From IMG/VR virus record IMGVR_UViG_3300006931_000002, positions 51,478-115,477 of that record: a stretch of DNA of 64,000 nucleotides. The stretch is one strand, 5' to 3'. The translations under genes were made by a program, and so were the position numbers. Origin of the DNA: a virus. This document shows positions 46,400 through 55,384 of this stretch, piece after piece (positions within the stretch are counted from its first letter, which is position 1; each line of letters starts with the position of its first letter). Below the pieces are notes generated by a model. The model ran no database searches. It saw only the letters and a list, made by a program, of their open reading frames with translations, and was not told where the DNA came from.

Positions 46400-46618
46400 A
46401 TGAGCTGGACCCGGCGGGGCTATCCGAGCAAGGGCGAACCTGTCGCGGACCTGCCTGAGCCGCCTACCGGACCCGGGCCAGGTGCCCGCGGGCTGGTGTC
46501 GCTCAACCCGCCGCCACCGATTCCGGTTGAGCGCAAACCTGACGGAACGCCGCCGCCCGACTTTGACGGCCGACCTTATAGAGGCACGGCGGGCCTCAAA
46601 GCCCGGGACGCCGGCTAG
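46400..46618 (+). CDS. Small Pro-rich protein
   Basis: AAGGAGG RBS; PEPPTGPGPGA. Confidence 0.6.
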   Translation: MSWTRRGYPSKGEPVADLPEPPTGPGPGARGLVSLNPPPPIPVERKPDGTPPPDFDGRPYRGTAGLKARDAG

Positions 46619-46740
46619 CACGACTCGACCCGCCGCCCTCTCCCACCATTCTGTCCCAGCCCTCGCGCGGCTGGTCCTTCAACCTCCCGCGAGGTGGTTT
46701 CGCCGCAGGTCGGGACAGGTCCGGAATGGCCGACAAGGGG

Positions 46741-46761
46741 TAGAATCGAACACGGGTTCGC
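46741..46761 (+). promoter_or_regulatory. TAGAAT -10 overlapped by SOS-like box
   Basis: TAGAAT 46741-46746; TCGAAC-ACGG-GTTCGC 46746-46761. Confidence 0.75.
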
Positions 46762-46840
46762 ATAAGCGAGCGGCCCGAGGTGGTGTTACGAGCACCAACC
46801 CCGGGCCTGACCGCACCACCTGTCGAGAGGTGTAACGGCT

Positions 46841-48112
46841 GTGGCCGAGGATACGTGCGAAGTCGAAGGCTGTATCGGCACGGGCCGGATCACGCGCGGC
46901 ATGTGTTCCAAGCACTACCAGCGGTGGCGGGCCACCGGCACCACCGATCTGATCTCCGGCAGGGTTGAGCGCCCGTGCGCGGTCGACGACTGTGATCGAC
47001 CGTTCCGGACCCGGGACTTGTGCGCGATGCACTACGCGCGGCTAATCAACTACGGGTCAACGGAGGACCCGCGCAACAGGCCAAAGCCGACCTGCGCGGC
47101 CGAAGAGCCCTGCAACAAGACCGCTACCGCTGGCGGATTGTGTGGTACGCACTACGCCCGGCGGCGCAAGCATGGGACCACGGCGGCGCTCCCCAAGAAG
47201 CCGATCCGGACCGAGTCCCCCTGCTCGGTTGAGGGCTGCACGGACCGTGTCCGGTCCAAGGGACTGTGTAACGCCCACTACCAGCAGTGGCGGAAGCCGC
47301 CCAAGCCTGAGCCGGTGCCCTGCGCGGTTGAAGGCTGTCCCGACCCGGCGTCACAAAGGTCTACGCGCGGCCTGTGCAGTACCCATCAGCGCCGGTGGAA
47401 CCAGACCGGCTCGACCGACAAGCCGGTGCGCAAGCGTGCCGAGTGCACGGTAGATGGCTGCACCGAGCCGAACCACTGCCGGGACTTCTGTAAGCGCCAC
47501 TACGAGCGCTGGCGTCGCAGCGGTGACCCGCTCGCCGCGAAGCGTGAGGTACGACGCCCACGGCTGCCTGAAGCGCTCGTGGGCGTTACAGAGAAGACGT
47601 GCTCGCGCTGCAAGGAGGTCCGGGCGCTCGTCGAGTTCAACAAGCGCACCGGCACCCCTGATGGCCTGTCCTACCACTGCAAGTACTGCGCGGCGCGGAT
47701 GCCGTCGGCGACCAAGCAGCGCGAGCGGTACCAGAACGACCCGGAGTTTCGGCGTCGCACCGCCGAACGCCTCAAGGCGATCGAAGCGGGCAAAGGCCCC
47801 GAGTGGAAGCGGCAGCGAAACCGCGAGTCCAAGCTCTGGCACAACTACCGGATGACCCTCACCGAGTTTGACGCGATGTCCGAGGCGCAGGGCCATGTCT
47901 GCCTGATCTGCAAGCGCCCGCCCTACGGCGGTCGGCCCGACGCGCGCAAGCAGTACCTGTCGGTTGACCACGATCACGTGACCGGCAAGATTCGCGGCCT
48001 GCTCTGCGACGGCTGCAACATCTCCATCGGCCACTTCTCCGACGACCCCGAGCGGCTGCGCGCGGCCCTCGCCTACCTGTTGATGCACGCCCCCGAGGCG
48101 GACGCGGCCTGA
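46841..48112 (+). CDS. Endonuclease VII with six N-terminal C3H zinc-finger-like repeats
   Basis: 6x C-x4/5-C..(R/K)xxC-xx-H(Y/Q); CSRC..CKYC; CLIC..VDHDHVTGKIRGLLCDGCN. Confidence 0.9.
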   Translation: MAEDTCEVEGCIGTGRITRGMCSKHYQRWRATGTTDLISGRVERPCAVDDCDRPFRTRDLCAMHYARLINYGSTEDPRNRPKPTCAAEEPCNKTATAGGLCGTHYARRRKHGTTAALPKKPIRTESPCSVEGCTDRVRSKGLCNAHYQQWRKPPKPEPVPCAVEGCPDPASQRSTRGLCSTHQRRWNQTGSTDKPVRKRAECTVDGCTEPNHCRDFCKRHYERWRRSGDPLAAKREVRRPRLPEALVGVTEKTCSRCKEVRALVEFNKRTGTPDGLSYHCKYCAARMPSATKQRERYQNDPEFRRRTAERLKAIEAGKGPEWKRQRNRESKLWHNYRMTLTEFDAMSEAQGHVCLICKRPPYGGRPDARKQYLSVDHDHVTGKIRGLLCDGCNISIGHFSDDPERLRAALAYLLMHAPEADAA

Positions 48113-48163
48113 GTTTCAGCGCGACTCCCTTGCGGGTTCATCCGCCCGTAAGGGAGCTTCGCC

Positions 48164-50065
48164 ATGCTCGCAGCCGAACGGTTGGACGTTTTCGCGCCCT
48201 TCCTCAAGAAGGAAAGGGACGCCGACGGCATCCTCTGGGTCGAGGGGAAGTTCACCGGCCCGGACCTGGACTCCGACGGCCAGCGGATGGACCCGACCTG
48301 GTTGCGGTCCTCGGCGGTCCCCGGATACATGCGGGGACCGTCCGGGGGGAACGTTCGTGAAGGCCACTCGGCTCAGAGGCCGATCGGCAAGGCCGTCGAG
48401 GTCTGGGAGACCGACGACGGTTCGTGGCACATGCGGGCGAAGATCGTCGATGACGCTGCCGCGAAGAAGATCGAGCATGGTGTCCTGGCGGGCCTGAGCG
48501 TCGGAATCGCGAATCCGGTGATTGTCAAGGCTGCCGACGCGCCCAATGGGTGCTGCGCGGGCGGAACCATGATCGAAGTCTCGGCGGTTGATCGCCCAGC
48601 GTTGCCGTCCGCCACGCTCCGTATCGCTGGCGTGCTGGACAAGGCTGCCGGCTCCCTCGAACTCGTCGAAGACCCCGCGCTCGAAGAAGACCTCGACGCC
48701 ATCGAGAAGGCGGCCGAGGGTGACGTCATCGCCCGCCCGCAGATGCTGCTCAAGACCTCGGACGGGCAGGTGCGCCCGATGACCGCCGCGCTCGTGGACG
48801 AACTCACCGCCCCGACCGTCGTCGCCAACCCTGACGACCCAGACGCGGCAGATCCCGAGGCGCTGGAGAAGGCGAAGAAGGGCAAGAAGGCCCCGCCGTT
48901 CGCCGCGGACGACAACCCGCAGGCCGACGACTCCGGAGACGACTCCGACGAGTCGGACGACGACGGAGACAAGGCCGAGAAGGCTGCGACCGTCGACGTG
49001 CCGTCGGTCGACCTGGATGCGATCGTGAAGGCGGTCGTCGCCGAACTGGAGAAGAAGAAGTTCACCCAGGCCGAACGCGACGACGCCGCCAACTCGGGTG
49101 CCGCGATGCCGGACGGTTCGTTCCCGATCCGCAACCGTACGGACCTGGAGAACGCGATCCACGCCGTCGGCCGGGCCAAGGACCCCGACGCAGCCAAGGC
49201 CCACATCGTCAAGCGTGCCAAGGCGTTGGACGCCACGGACCTGCTGCCCGCCGACTGGCCCGGCTCCACCAAGAAGACCGCCGAACCGGAGATGGTCAAG
49301 GGTGCCGGTGTCGACGACGAACTGGACGACATCGCCCGCGCCAAGCGCGTCCTCGCGGACTTGGCTGCGCTCGTGCAGTCCGAGGCTGCGGGCTTCCTCT
49401 CCGGCGGCGGCGCCGGTGAGGTCGCCGACATGGACATGCTTGTCAGCGTCATGGCGACCCTGACGTGCTTTGTGGAGCGCGAGACCTACGAATTGGAGGC
49501 CGCCGCCATGGCGGAGAACACTGCTGCCGGCGGCGACACCACCCCGGCTCCGACCGTGATGCAGCTCGCCGCAACCCCGGACGTCGAGAAGACGGCCGAG
49601 CCTGCCGCGCCCGCGGTCCCGAGCCTGTCGGACGAGCTTGCCCGCCGGCTCGACAAGGCCATGAAGAAGGCCCGCAAGGTTGCTGCGGCGAAGGCCGCCG
49701 CCGCCGCCCAGACCACCTCCCCCGAGGCGGCCAGCACCACTGACACCGAGACGCTGACAAAGGCTGTCGCCGACAAGGTGACCGCCGACCTGACGGTGCA
49801 GCTCGGCGACGTCCTCACGAAGGCCATGGGCCCGGTCATCGACCGGGTGGCAGAGGTGGAGACGCTGCTGAAGTCCACCCCGAGGCCGGGCGGACCCGCG
49901 GTGACGCGAGTTCAGCCCCCGGTGTCCCCCGCCGAATCCGTCGAGCGCGCGGAGAAGGCGCAGAAGGCGAACATCCTCAAGGGGATGCTTGCCGCGAACC
50001 CGGCCGGTCCGATGCGGGCGGCGCTCGTCGCCCAGCTCGCCGAACTGGAGCCGAACGCCGCCTGA
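48164..50065 (+). CDS. Prohead protease/scaffold fusion
   Basis: DSDGQ..NVREGH..GLSVG..EVSAVDRPA HK97-like protease; AMPDGSFPIRN..LENAI (DUF6582-like); acidic/Ala-rich scaffold tail. Confidence 0.85.
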   Translation: MLAAERLDVFAPFLKKERDADGILWVEGKFTGPDLDSDGQRMDPTWLRSSAVPGYMRGPSGGNVREGHSAQRPIGKAVEVWETDDGSWHMRAKIVDDAAAKKIEHGVLAGLSVGIANPVIVKAADAPNGCCAGGTMIEVSAVDRPALPSATLRIAGVLDKAAGSLELVEDPALEEDLDAIEKAAEGDVIARPQMLLKTSDGQVRPMTAALVDELTAPTVVANPDDPDAADPEALEKAKKGKKAPPFAADDNPQADDSGDDSDESDDDGDKAEKAATVDVPSVDLDAIVKAVVAELEKKKFTQAERDDAANSGAAMPDGSFPIRNRTDLENAIHAVGRAKDPDAAKAHIVKRAKALDATDLLPADWPGSTKKTAEPEMVKGAGVDDELDDIARAKRVLADLAALVQSEAAGFLSGGGAGEVADMDMLVSVMATLTCFVERETYELEAAAMAENTAAGGDTTPAPTVMQLAATPDVEKTAEPAAPAVPSLSDELARRLDKAMKKARKVAAAKAAAAAQTTSPEAASTTDTETLTKAVADKVTADLTVQLGDVLTKAMGPVIDRVAEVETLLKSTPRPGGPAVTRVQPPVSPAESVERAEKAQKANILKGMLAANPAGPMRAALVAQLAELEPNAA

Positions 50066-50088
50066 GCGGCATCCCCCACACCACTTCC

Positions 50089-50121
50089 AAGGCCCGTCAC
50101 CCCCGTCGGTGGCGGGCCTTT
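50089..50121 (+). terminator. Stem-loop between protease and capsid genes
   Basis: AAGGCCCGTCAC..GTGGCGGGCCTTT. Confidence 0.5.
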
Positions 50122-50144
50122 CGCATGCCCAGAAGGGGCACCAG

Positions 50145-51917
50145 ATGAGCACCGGCACCCACGGTGACCTCCGCGACCTGTTCGGCGCCGACCTGAGCCC
50201 CGCCGAACTGACCACCGCGGCGGTCAACTACAAGATGGCCGTCGACGCGGCCCCTTCCACAGTGAAGGGCGACGTCGAGGTCGACATCATCACCAAGTCG
50301 CTGCGCCCGACGGTCCGCGGCAACGCCCGCGACGTCCTGACGAAGGCGTATGGCGCGCTCGGCGCTGACCAGAACGCGATGGCCGCCATCGAGGCCGCCG
50401 TGGCGCAACAGCTCGGCTCGGACTTCCTGGCGAAGGACATCACGACCACATCACCGGTTCCCGGCGGCCTGGTTGCCTACGACCTGGAAGCGCCCAGCAA
50501 GATGCTCGCGCCGGTCCTCACCCCGTGGCGGAACAAGTTCCCCCGGAACAAGGGCGTCGGCACGTCCCACCGTTACAAGCGGATCACCGGCATCACCGGT
50601 TCCGGCACAGGTGGAGTGGGTGTCGTCCACCCCGGGTTCACCGACTCGACGCAGGTCAACTTCGCGAACCCGGGTTCGGCGAACTCGCAGTGGGCGAACC
50701 GCCCCCGGAAGATCTCCTACGCGGGTGACGACGTCAACCTGCCGTACGTCCAGTTCGGCCTGTCCGACGAGCAGTCGTGGTTCACCTACTTCACGGCGAT
50801 CGGTTTCCAGGACACCCGTGAACTGTCCCGGCAGTCCACCCTCTACTCGTCGATGATGGTCGAGGAGCGTGTCCTGCTCTACGGCCGCGGCACCCTCGGT
50901 GGCTACTCGGGTGTTCTCGCCGCCCCGACCGGCACCCCGACGGGTGCGGCCCGGACCGCGGCGACCGGTGAGACGGCGCTGACCGGCTTCACGACCAACA
51001 TCTACGTCAAGGTGGTCGCCGAGTCGGGCGAGTTCGGCGTCTCCCAGGTCAGCTCGGCGTCGGCCGGTATCGGAGTCTCCTCTGGCCAGGTCGTCGACAT
51101 CACCATTCCGAACCCGGTCGTCGGCGCCACCGGCTACAAGATCTTCGTGTCGACGGGTGCGTCCGACCCAGGTGATGCGTCGCGCTGGCTGTACCTCGGC
51201 CCGGCGTTCCCGAACAACCAGTCCCTCGGCCGCACCCCCACCCAGACGATCACGTTGCAGGGTGCGCTGCCGACGTCCGGCCAGTCCGTCGCCGCGTTCA
51301 CCTGCACCGACGGCACCGTCGTCAACCTGGCATCGGTCGACGGCCAGTCGGCCCGCTCCGACTCGTACGACGGCGTCATCCCGTGGATTCACGCCCAGGC
51401 GAGCACCACCGGCTATGTCGGCCGGCTCAACGCCCCGTTCTCGACCGCGTCGCCGGGCGCCGAGTTCCAGACGGCGTTCGTCACGACCTACGACGCGACC
51501 CGCGCCGACCCGGAGGAGATCTGGCTCGCCGCCCGCGACCGGGTCCAGATCTCCAACAGCCTCAAGGGCCAGTCGTCGAGCAACTACCGGCTGACCCTGT
51601 CCGAAGACCAGCTGATGAACGTCCGCCTCGGATCGCTCGTCACCGGTATTCAGAACGAGGCCACCGGACGGGTTGTGGACATCAACGTCCACCCCTACCT
51701 GCCGCAGGGCAACGCGGTCATCCTCCAGAACAGCATCACCATTCCCGGGGTGAACGTTCCGAACGCCTGGAATCTGTTCAACACCCAGGACTACATGGCG
51801 ATCGACTGGCCGGTTACCGGAATGTCGTACGATACCTCTGTGTATTGGGCCGGCACTCTGAGTAGCTATGCCCCGGACCGGTCGTCCATGCTGGTGGGAA
51901 TTCAGCCGGCGAGCTGA
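50145..51917 (+). CDS. Major capsid protein with inserted Ig/FN3-like domain
   Basis: YDLEAPSKML..TPWRNKFPR, EERVLLYG, NVHPYLPQG; position after protease. Confidence 0.85.
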   Translation: MSTGTHGDLRDLFGADLSPAELTTAAVNYKMAVDAAPSTVKGDVEVDIITKSLRPTVRGNARDVLTKAYGALGADQNAMAAIEAAVAQQLGSDFLAKDITTTSPVPGGLVAYDLEAPSKMLAPVLTPWRNKFPRNKGVGTSHRYKRITGITGSGTGGVGVVHPGFTDSTQVNFANPGSANSQWANRPRKISYAGDDVNLPYVQFGLSDEQSWFTYFTAIGFQDTRELSRQSTLYSSMMVEERVLLYGRGTLGGYSGVLAAPTGTPTGAARTAATGETALTGFTTNIYVKVVAESGEFGVSQVSSASAGIGVSSGQVVDITIPNPVVGATGYKIFVSTGASDPGDASRWLYLGPAFPNNQSLGRTPTQTITLQGALPTSGQSVAAFTCTDGTVVNLASVDGQSARSDSYDGVIPWIHAQASTTGYVGRLNAPFSTASPGAEFQTAFVTTYDATRADPEEIWLAARDRVQISNSLKGQSSSNYRLTLSEDQLMNVRLGSLVTGIQNEATGRVVDINVHPYLPQGNAVILQNSITIPGVNVPNAWNLFNTQDYMAIDWPVTGMSYDTSVYWAGTLSSYAPDRSSMLVGIQPAS

Positions 51918-51940
51918 CAGTCACAGCCCGACGGGGGTCT

Positions 51941-51963
51941 TCGAACACACATTCGGATAGAAT
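51941..51963 (+). promoter_or_regulatory. SOS-like box plus TAGAAT, leaderless HNH promoter
   Basis: TCGAAC-ACAC-ATTCGG, TAGAAT 51958-51963, GTG 51970. Confidence 0.7.
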
Positions 51964-51969
51964 CCGTGT

Positions 51970-52557
51970 GTGTCTGAGATTCCCGTCGGGCTGTGTCAAT
52001 GCGGGTGTGGCGAGAAGACATACATTCCGCGCCAGAGTCGACCTGCACTTGGCTGGATCAATGGTGTCCCGTGTCGATGGAAACGCGGACATGCGCCCGC
52101 GTGGAACCGCCGCGAGACCCATTGGACCGAGAGCGACACTGGATGCTGGGTCTGGCTTGGGCCATTCGATGAGCATGGCTACGGGGTGGGCACTCGGCGA
52201 CTTGGCCGGAACAACTGGCGAAACGTCGCTGCCCACCGGGCCGTCTATGAGGAACTCGTCGGCCCGATCCCGGACGGCTTGGTCCTCGACCACCTGTGCC
52301 GGAATCCTCCTTGCGTGAACCCGGAGCACCTAGAGCCGGTCACCCAGAAAGTGAACGTGCAGCGCGGTCTCTGTCTCAAGCTGACCGAAGACGAGTTGCC
52401 TCGCATCTACGAACTGACGATGCAGGGCACTCCGTCGCGCGTGATCGCCGGCATGTACGGCGTCGGCAAGTCCACGATCAACGCCCGGCTCGACGCCTAC
52501 ATCAAGGCCAACAACCTTCCCGCGCTGCCGCGTCTCAGGAAGCCGCGCCCCGCCTAG
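51970..52557 (+). CDS. HNH homing endonuclease
   Basis: CQCGCG, CWVW..GYG, AHRAVYE..LDHLCRNPPCVNPEHL, C-terminal HTH. Confidence 0.92.
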   Translation: MSEIPVGLCQCGCGEKTYIPRQSRPALGWINGVPCRWKRGHAPAWNRRETHWTESDTGCWVWLGPFDEHGYGVGTRRLGRNNWRNVAAHRAVYEELVGPIPDGLVLDHLCRNPPCVNPEHLEPVTQKVNVQRGLCLKLTEDELPRIYELTMQGTPSRVIAGMYGVGKSTINARLDAYIKANNLPALPRLRKPRPA

Positions 52558-52607
52558 CTCCCCGCCCCCACTACTCCGGGGCGGGGCCTACTCGCCCCGG
52601 AGTACCC

Positions 52608-52928
52608 ATGCAGGTCTATCCGATCATCGGGTCGCCGTTCCAGATCGAAACGGTTCCCGCCTCGAACGGTGTGGTGACACTCCAACTCGTCGCCCGCGGC
52701 AACTTCAACCTCCCCGGCGCGGGTTTCGCCGCGGTCCTCGCGCAGATCAACACCTACCTGTCGTCGTCGAAGTGCACGTCGATTCTGCGGCTCACCAGCT
52801 CGCAGACCGGGGTTGCCGTCGCCCTCGACGTGTCCGGATGCTCCTACCCGGTCCTGACCGCTGACGTTGCCTCGCAGGTATCGGCGCTGACGACGATCGT
52901 GCAGACCGCGGCGGATGTGAGCGTCTGA
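52608..52928 (+). CDS. Hypothetical virion-associated protein
   Basis: GGAG RBS; late operon. Confidence 0.65.
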   Translation: MQVYPIIGSPFQIETVPASNGVVTLQLVARGNFNLPGAGFAAVLAQINTYLSSSKCTSILRLTSSQTGVAVALDVSGCSYPVLTADVASQVSALTTIVQTAADVSV

Positions 52929-53209
52929 TGGTCGCGTCACCGAACCCGCCGTTCATCACCGGCAACGTCACAGCCACGTCGGGTGGCGTTTCGATCCCGG
53001 TCGAGACCATCAAGCCGGCGCCGGGCCTGGCGGGTGCGGTGACGCTGATCGCCGGAACAGCGGCAGTCACGCTGACCGGGCCGACCTGCCCGACCGGGTT
53101 TGTGCTGCCCGTCGGCGTGCCTGTGTCGCTGATGCTCGGCGGCACGAAGTTGACCGCCACATCGGGCGGCACCGGGGTCATTTCCTACGCGTACGCCACG
53201 GGAGGCTGA
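52928..53209 (+). CDS. Small beta-rich virion protein
   Basis: TGATG-coupled; G/T/V-rich. Confidence 0.65.
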   Translation: MVASPNPPFITGNVTATSGGVSIPVETIKPAPGLAGAVTLIAGTAAVTLTGPTCPTGFVLPVGVPVSLMLGGTKLTATSGGTGVISYAYATGG

Positions 53210-53214
53210 TTTCG

Positions 53215-53466
53215 TTGCGCATGGCGTCACCGGACGGGGCGTGTATCGGCCTCGATGTGCAGACCGAACACGGCAAGACCTCGTACAACGGCCGCATCTT
53301 CGATGTCGAGAGCCCTCGGCATATTCGCATGCTCCGCGAGCAGGGTGCGTTTCCTGTCGGCGTCGGCGGGACACCTCGCGCGGCCGGTCATCCCTGCCCC
53401 TGCGGGTTTCAGAGCTGGTTTCGTCGTTGCTCCAGGTGCGGGCGCGACAACCCGAAGGAGAACTGA
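53215..53466 (+). CDS. Zinc-ribbon protein
   Basis: CPCGFQSWFRRCSRCG. Confidence 0.7.
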   Translation: MRMASPDGACIGLDVQTEHGKTSYNGRIFDVESPRHIRMLREQGAFPVGVGGTPRAAGHPCPCGFQSWFRRCSRCGRDNPKEN

Positions 53467-53468
53467 CG

Positions 53469-54335
53469 ATGGCCACGGCCTACCGTTTCGCCCGCATCGT
53501 CGCACCGGATGGTGTGAACCCGATCCGGTCGACGACGATCACCGCGAAGCTGCCGGGAACGTCGACGACTGTCACCCTGTATACCGATCCGACGCTGGCA
53601 ACGGTGCTGTCCGGTGCCGGGCAGTTCACGACTGACGTCAACGGCTTCGCCCAGTGGGCGACGACGGTTGGGACTGTCGACTTCTACAACGGCAGCACGC
53701 TCATCGAGTCGAACGTGTCGGTTCCCCGGTTCGACCCGGTCGACGCCCCGCTGAACGCGTCGGGTGGTCTGTCGTCGGCCTACACCGGTCAGGCGGGTTT
53801 CGCGCTCGATGGCTCTCCGTCGGGGGTCTACTACGCGAACATGTCCCGGCGGGATGCTGGGACCGACCTGGCCGCGTTCACGTCGAACACGATGCTGTCG
53901 ACGGCGATCTGGCTCCCTGCCGGCGCGGTCGTCACCAACTTGACGTTCGTGTCCGGGGCGACCGCCGCAGCCGGGCCGACGCACAGCTTCGCCGCGCTCT
54001 ACTCGACGGCGGCAACTCCGGCGCTGCTCGCTAACTCCGCGGATGCGACGAACACTGTCGTCTGGGCGGCGGAGACGGCCTACACCTATGCGATGTCGAG
54101 CCCGTACACGGTCACGACGTCGGGTGTGTACTACGCCGCCCTGTCGATCACCGACGGTACGACGATGCCGTCGATCGTCGGTATCGGCCGGGCGGGTGCG
54201 GGCGCGTCGAAGGCTGTGATCTCGGGGAACAAGCAGATCTCGCAGACCTCCGGTTCGTCCCTGAACGGCACTCCCCCGGCGACGATCACCGGTTCGACCG
54301 CATCCGGCAAGATCCCCCTGGTCATCGTCACCTGA
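53469..54335 (+). CDS. Virion structural/fibre protein
   Basis: AAGGAG RBS; FTTDVNG N-domain; T/A/G-rich beta domain. Confidence 0.75.
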   Translation: MATAYRFARIVAPDGVNPIRSTTITAKLPGTSTTVTLYTDPTLATVLSGAGQFTTDVNGFAQWATTVGTVDFYNGSTLIESNVSVPRFDPVDAPLNASGGLSSAYTGQAGFALDGSPSGVYYANMSRRDAGTDLAAFTSNTMLSTAIWLPAGAVVTNLTFVSGATAAAGPTHSFAALYSTAATPALLANSADATNTVVWAAETAYTYAMSSPYTVTTSGVYYAALSITDGTTMPSIVGIGRAGAGASKAVISGNKQISQTSGSSLNGTPPATITGSTASGKIPLVIVT

Positions 54336-54634
54336 TGGCCGGTCAGACCCGTCGTACCTCCGGCCCGCGTCCGCAACAGCAGGCGCGGGCCGTGCAGGTC
54401 TCACCGCCTGTCGTCGATATCCCACCGGAGACACCGCCGGTCGAACCTGCCGAGGTTCCGCCCGGCGAGGTCGCCGCACCGGTCGAGCCGCCGCCGTTCG
54501 ACGCGGACGATCCGCGGCCCGGCCAGTCGATCCGCGCCCACGTCCCCCACTCGGGCTACACGAGTTTCGCCTACGGGCATCGCTCGTTCACCGTCGACCC
54601 GGAAACGGATCTGATCGTCGCCGAAACCGGCTGA
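54335..54634 (+). CDS. Pro-rich hypothetical protein
   Basis: TGATG-coupled. Confidence 0.65.
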   Translation: MAGQTRRTSGPRPQQQARAVQVSPPVVDIPPETPPVEPAEVPPGEVAAPVEPPPFDADDPRPGQSIRAHVPHSGYTSFAYGHRSFTVDPETDLIVAETG

Positions 54635-54703
54635 ACTTCCCCCCCGTACCCTCCCGCCCGCCGCGCCGCGGGCTGATTCTCCACGCCCGAAAGGGGCTGC
54701 GCG

Positions 54704-55255
54704 ATGCGCGAGGACGTTTCCCGGGCGGTCGACGCTGCCCATGTTGGTGCGGCCGTGGCCGACCATGAGCCGGCCCGGTGGCGTTGCAACTGGCGCCTGG
54801 AGAAGCGGTGGGGCGATGACCAGAGCGTCGACCCGTACGAGGTCATCGAGCGGGAAGGCAACCTTCTGCTGTATGGCGGGGCGTCGCTCATCTGGGAGAC
54901 CTTGATCGGCAACGGTGGAGCGGGGGCGTTGCAGTATCTGAACTCCGGTCACGCTTTCTTGGGGGTGGGCGATAGCTCGACCGCTGAGGCCGCGACCCAA
55001 ACGGATCTGCAAGCAGCAACGAACAAGACCTACAAGGCTGCGACGCCTTCGCACACGGACGGGACGTCTTCGGGAAACGCCTCGATCACCTACAGTGCCA
55101 CGTTCGCCACGGGTGACGCCAACTATACTTGGTCTGAGTGGTTGCTAACCAATGCCGCGTCAGGAGGCCGCGCGCTGAATAGAAAAGTTGCGGCACTCGG
55201 TGTCAAAACGTCTGCCGCGTCGTGGGCGCTATCTGTGACAATCACGTTGTCGTAG
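54704..55255 (+). CDS. Virion structural protein
   Basis: GNLLLYGG..LGVGDSSTAEAATQTDLQ..ANYTWSEW..LNRKV..GVKTS. Confidence 0.75.
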   Translation: MREDVSRAVDAAHVGAAVADHEPARWRCNWRLEKRWGDDQSVDPYEVIEREGNLLLYGGASLIWETLIGNGGAGALQYLNSGHAFLGVGDSSTAEAATQTDLQAATNKTYKAATPSHTDGTSSGNASITYSATFATGDANYTWSEWLLTNAASGGRALNRKVAALGVKTSAASWALSVTITLS

Positions 55256-55283
55256 TTGATCGCGGCGACTGACGTCATGCCGA

Positions 55284-55312
55284 CCGAACGGGCGTTCGAT
55301 TTCATGTAGAAT
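55284..55312 (+). promoter_or_regulatory. SOS-like box plus TAGAAT promoter
   Basis: CCGAAC-GGGC-GTTCGA, 7 nt, TAGAAT. Confidence 0.75.
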
Positions 55313-55384
55313 AGGTGTGGGCGAAGAGGTGCAACTCTCCGCCCACGTGCCGAACCATCCTTGGGCGAGAAGGAGTGGCCCGAC

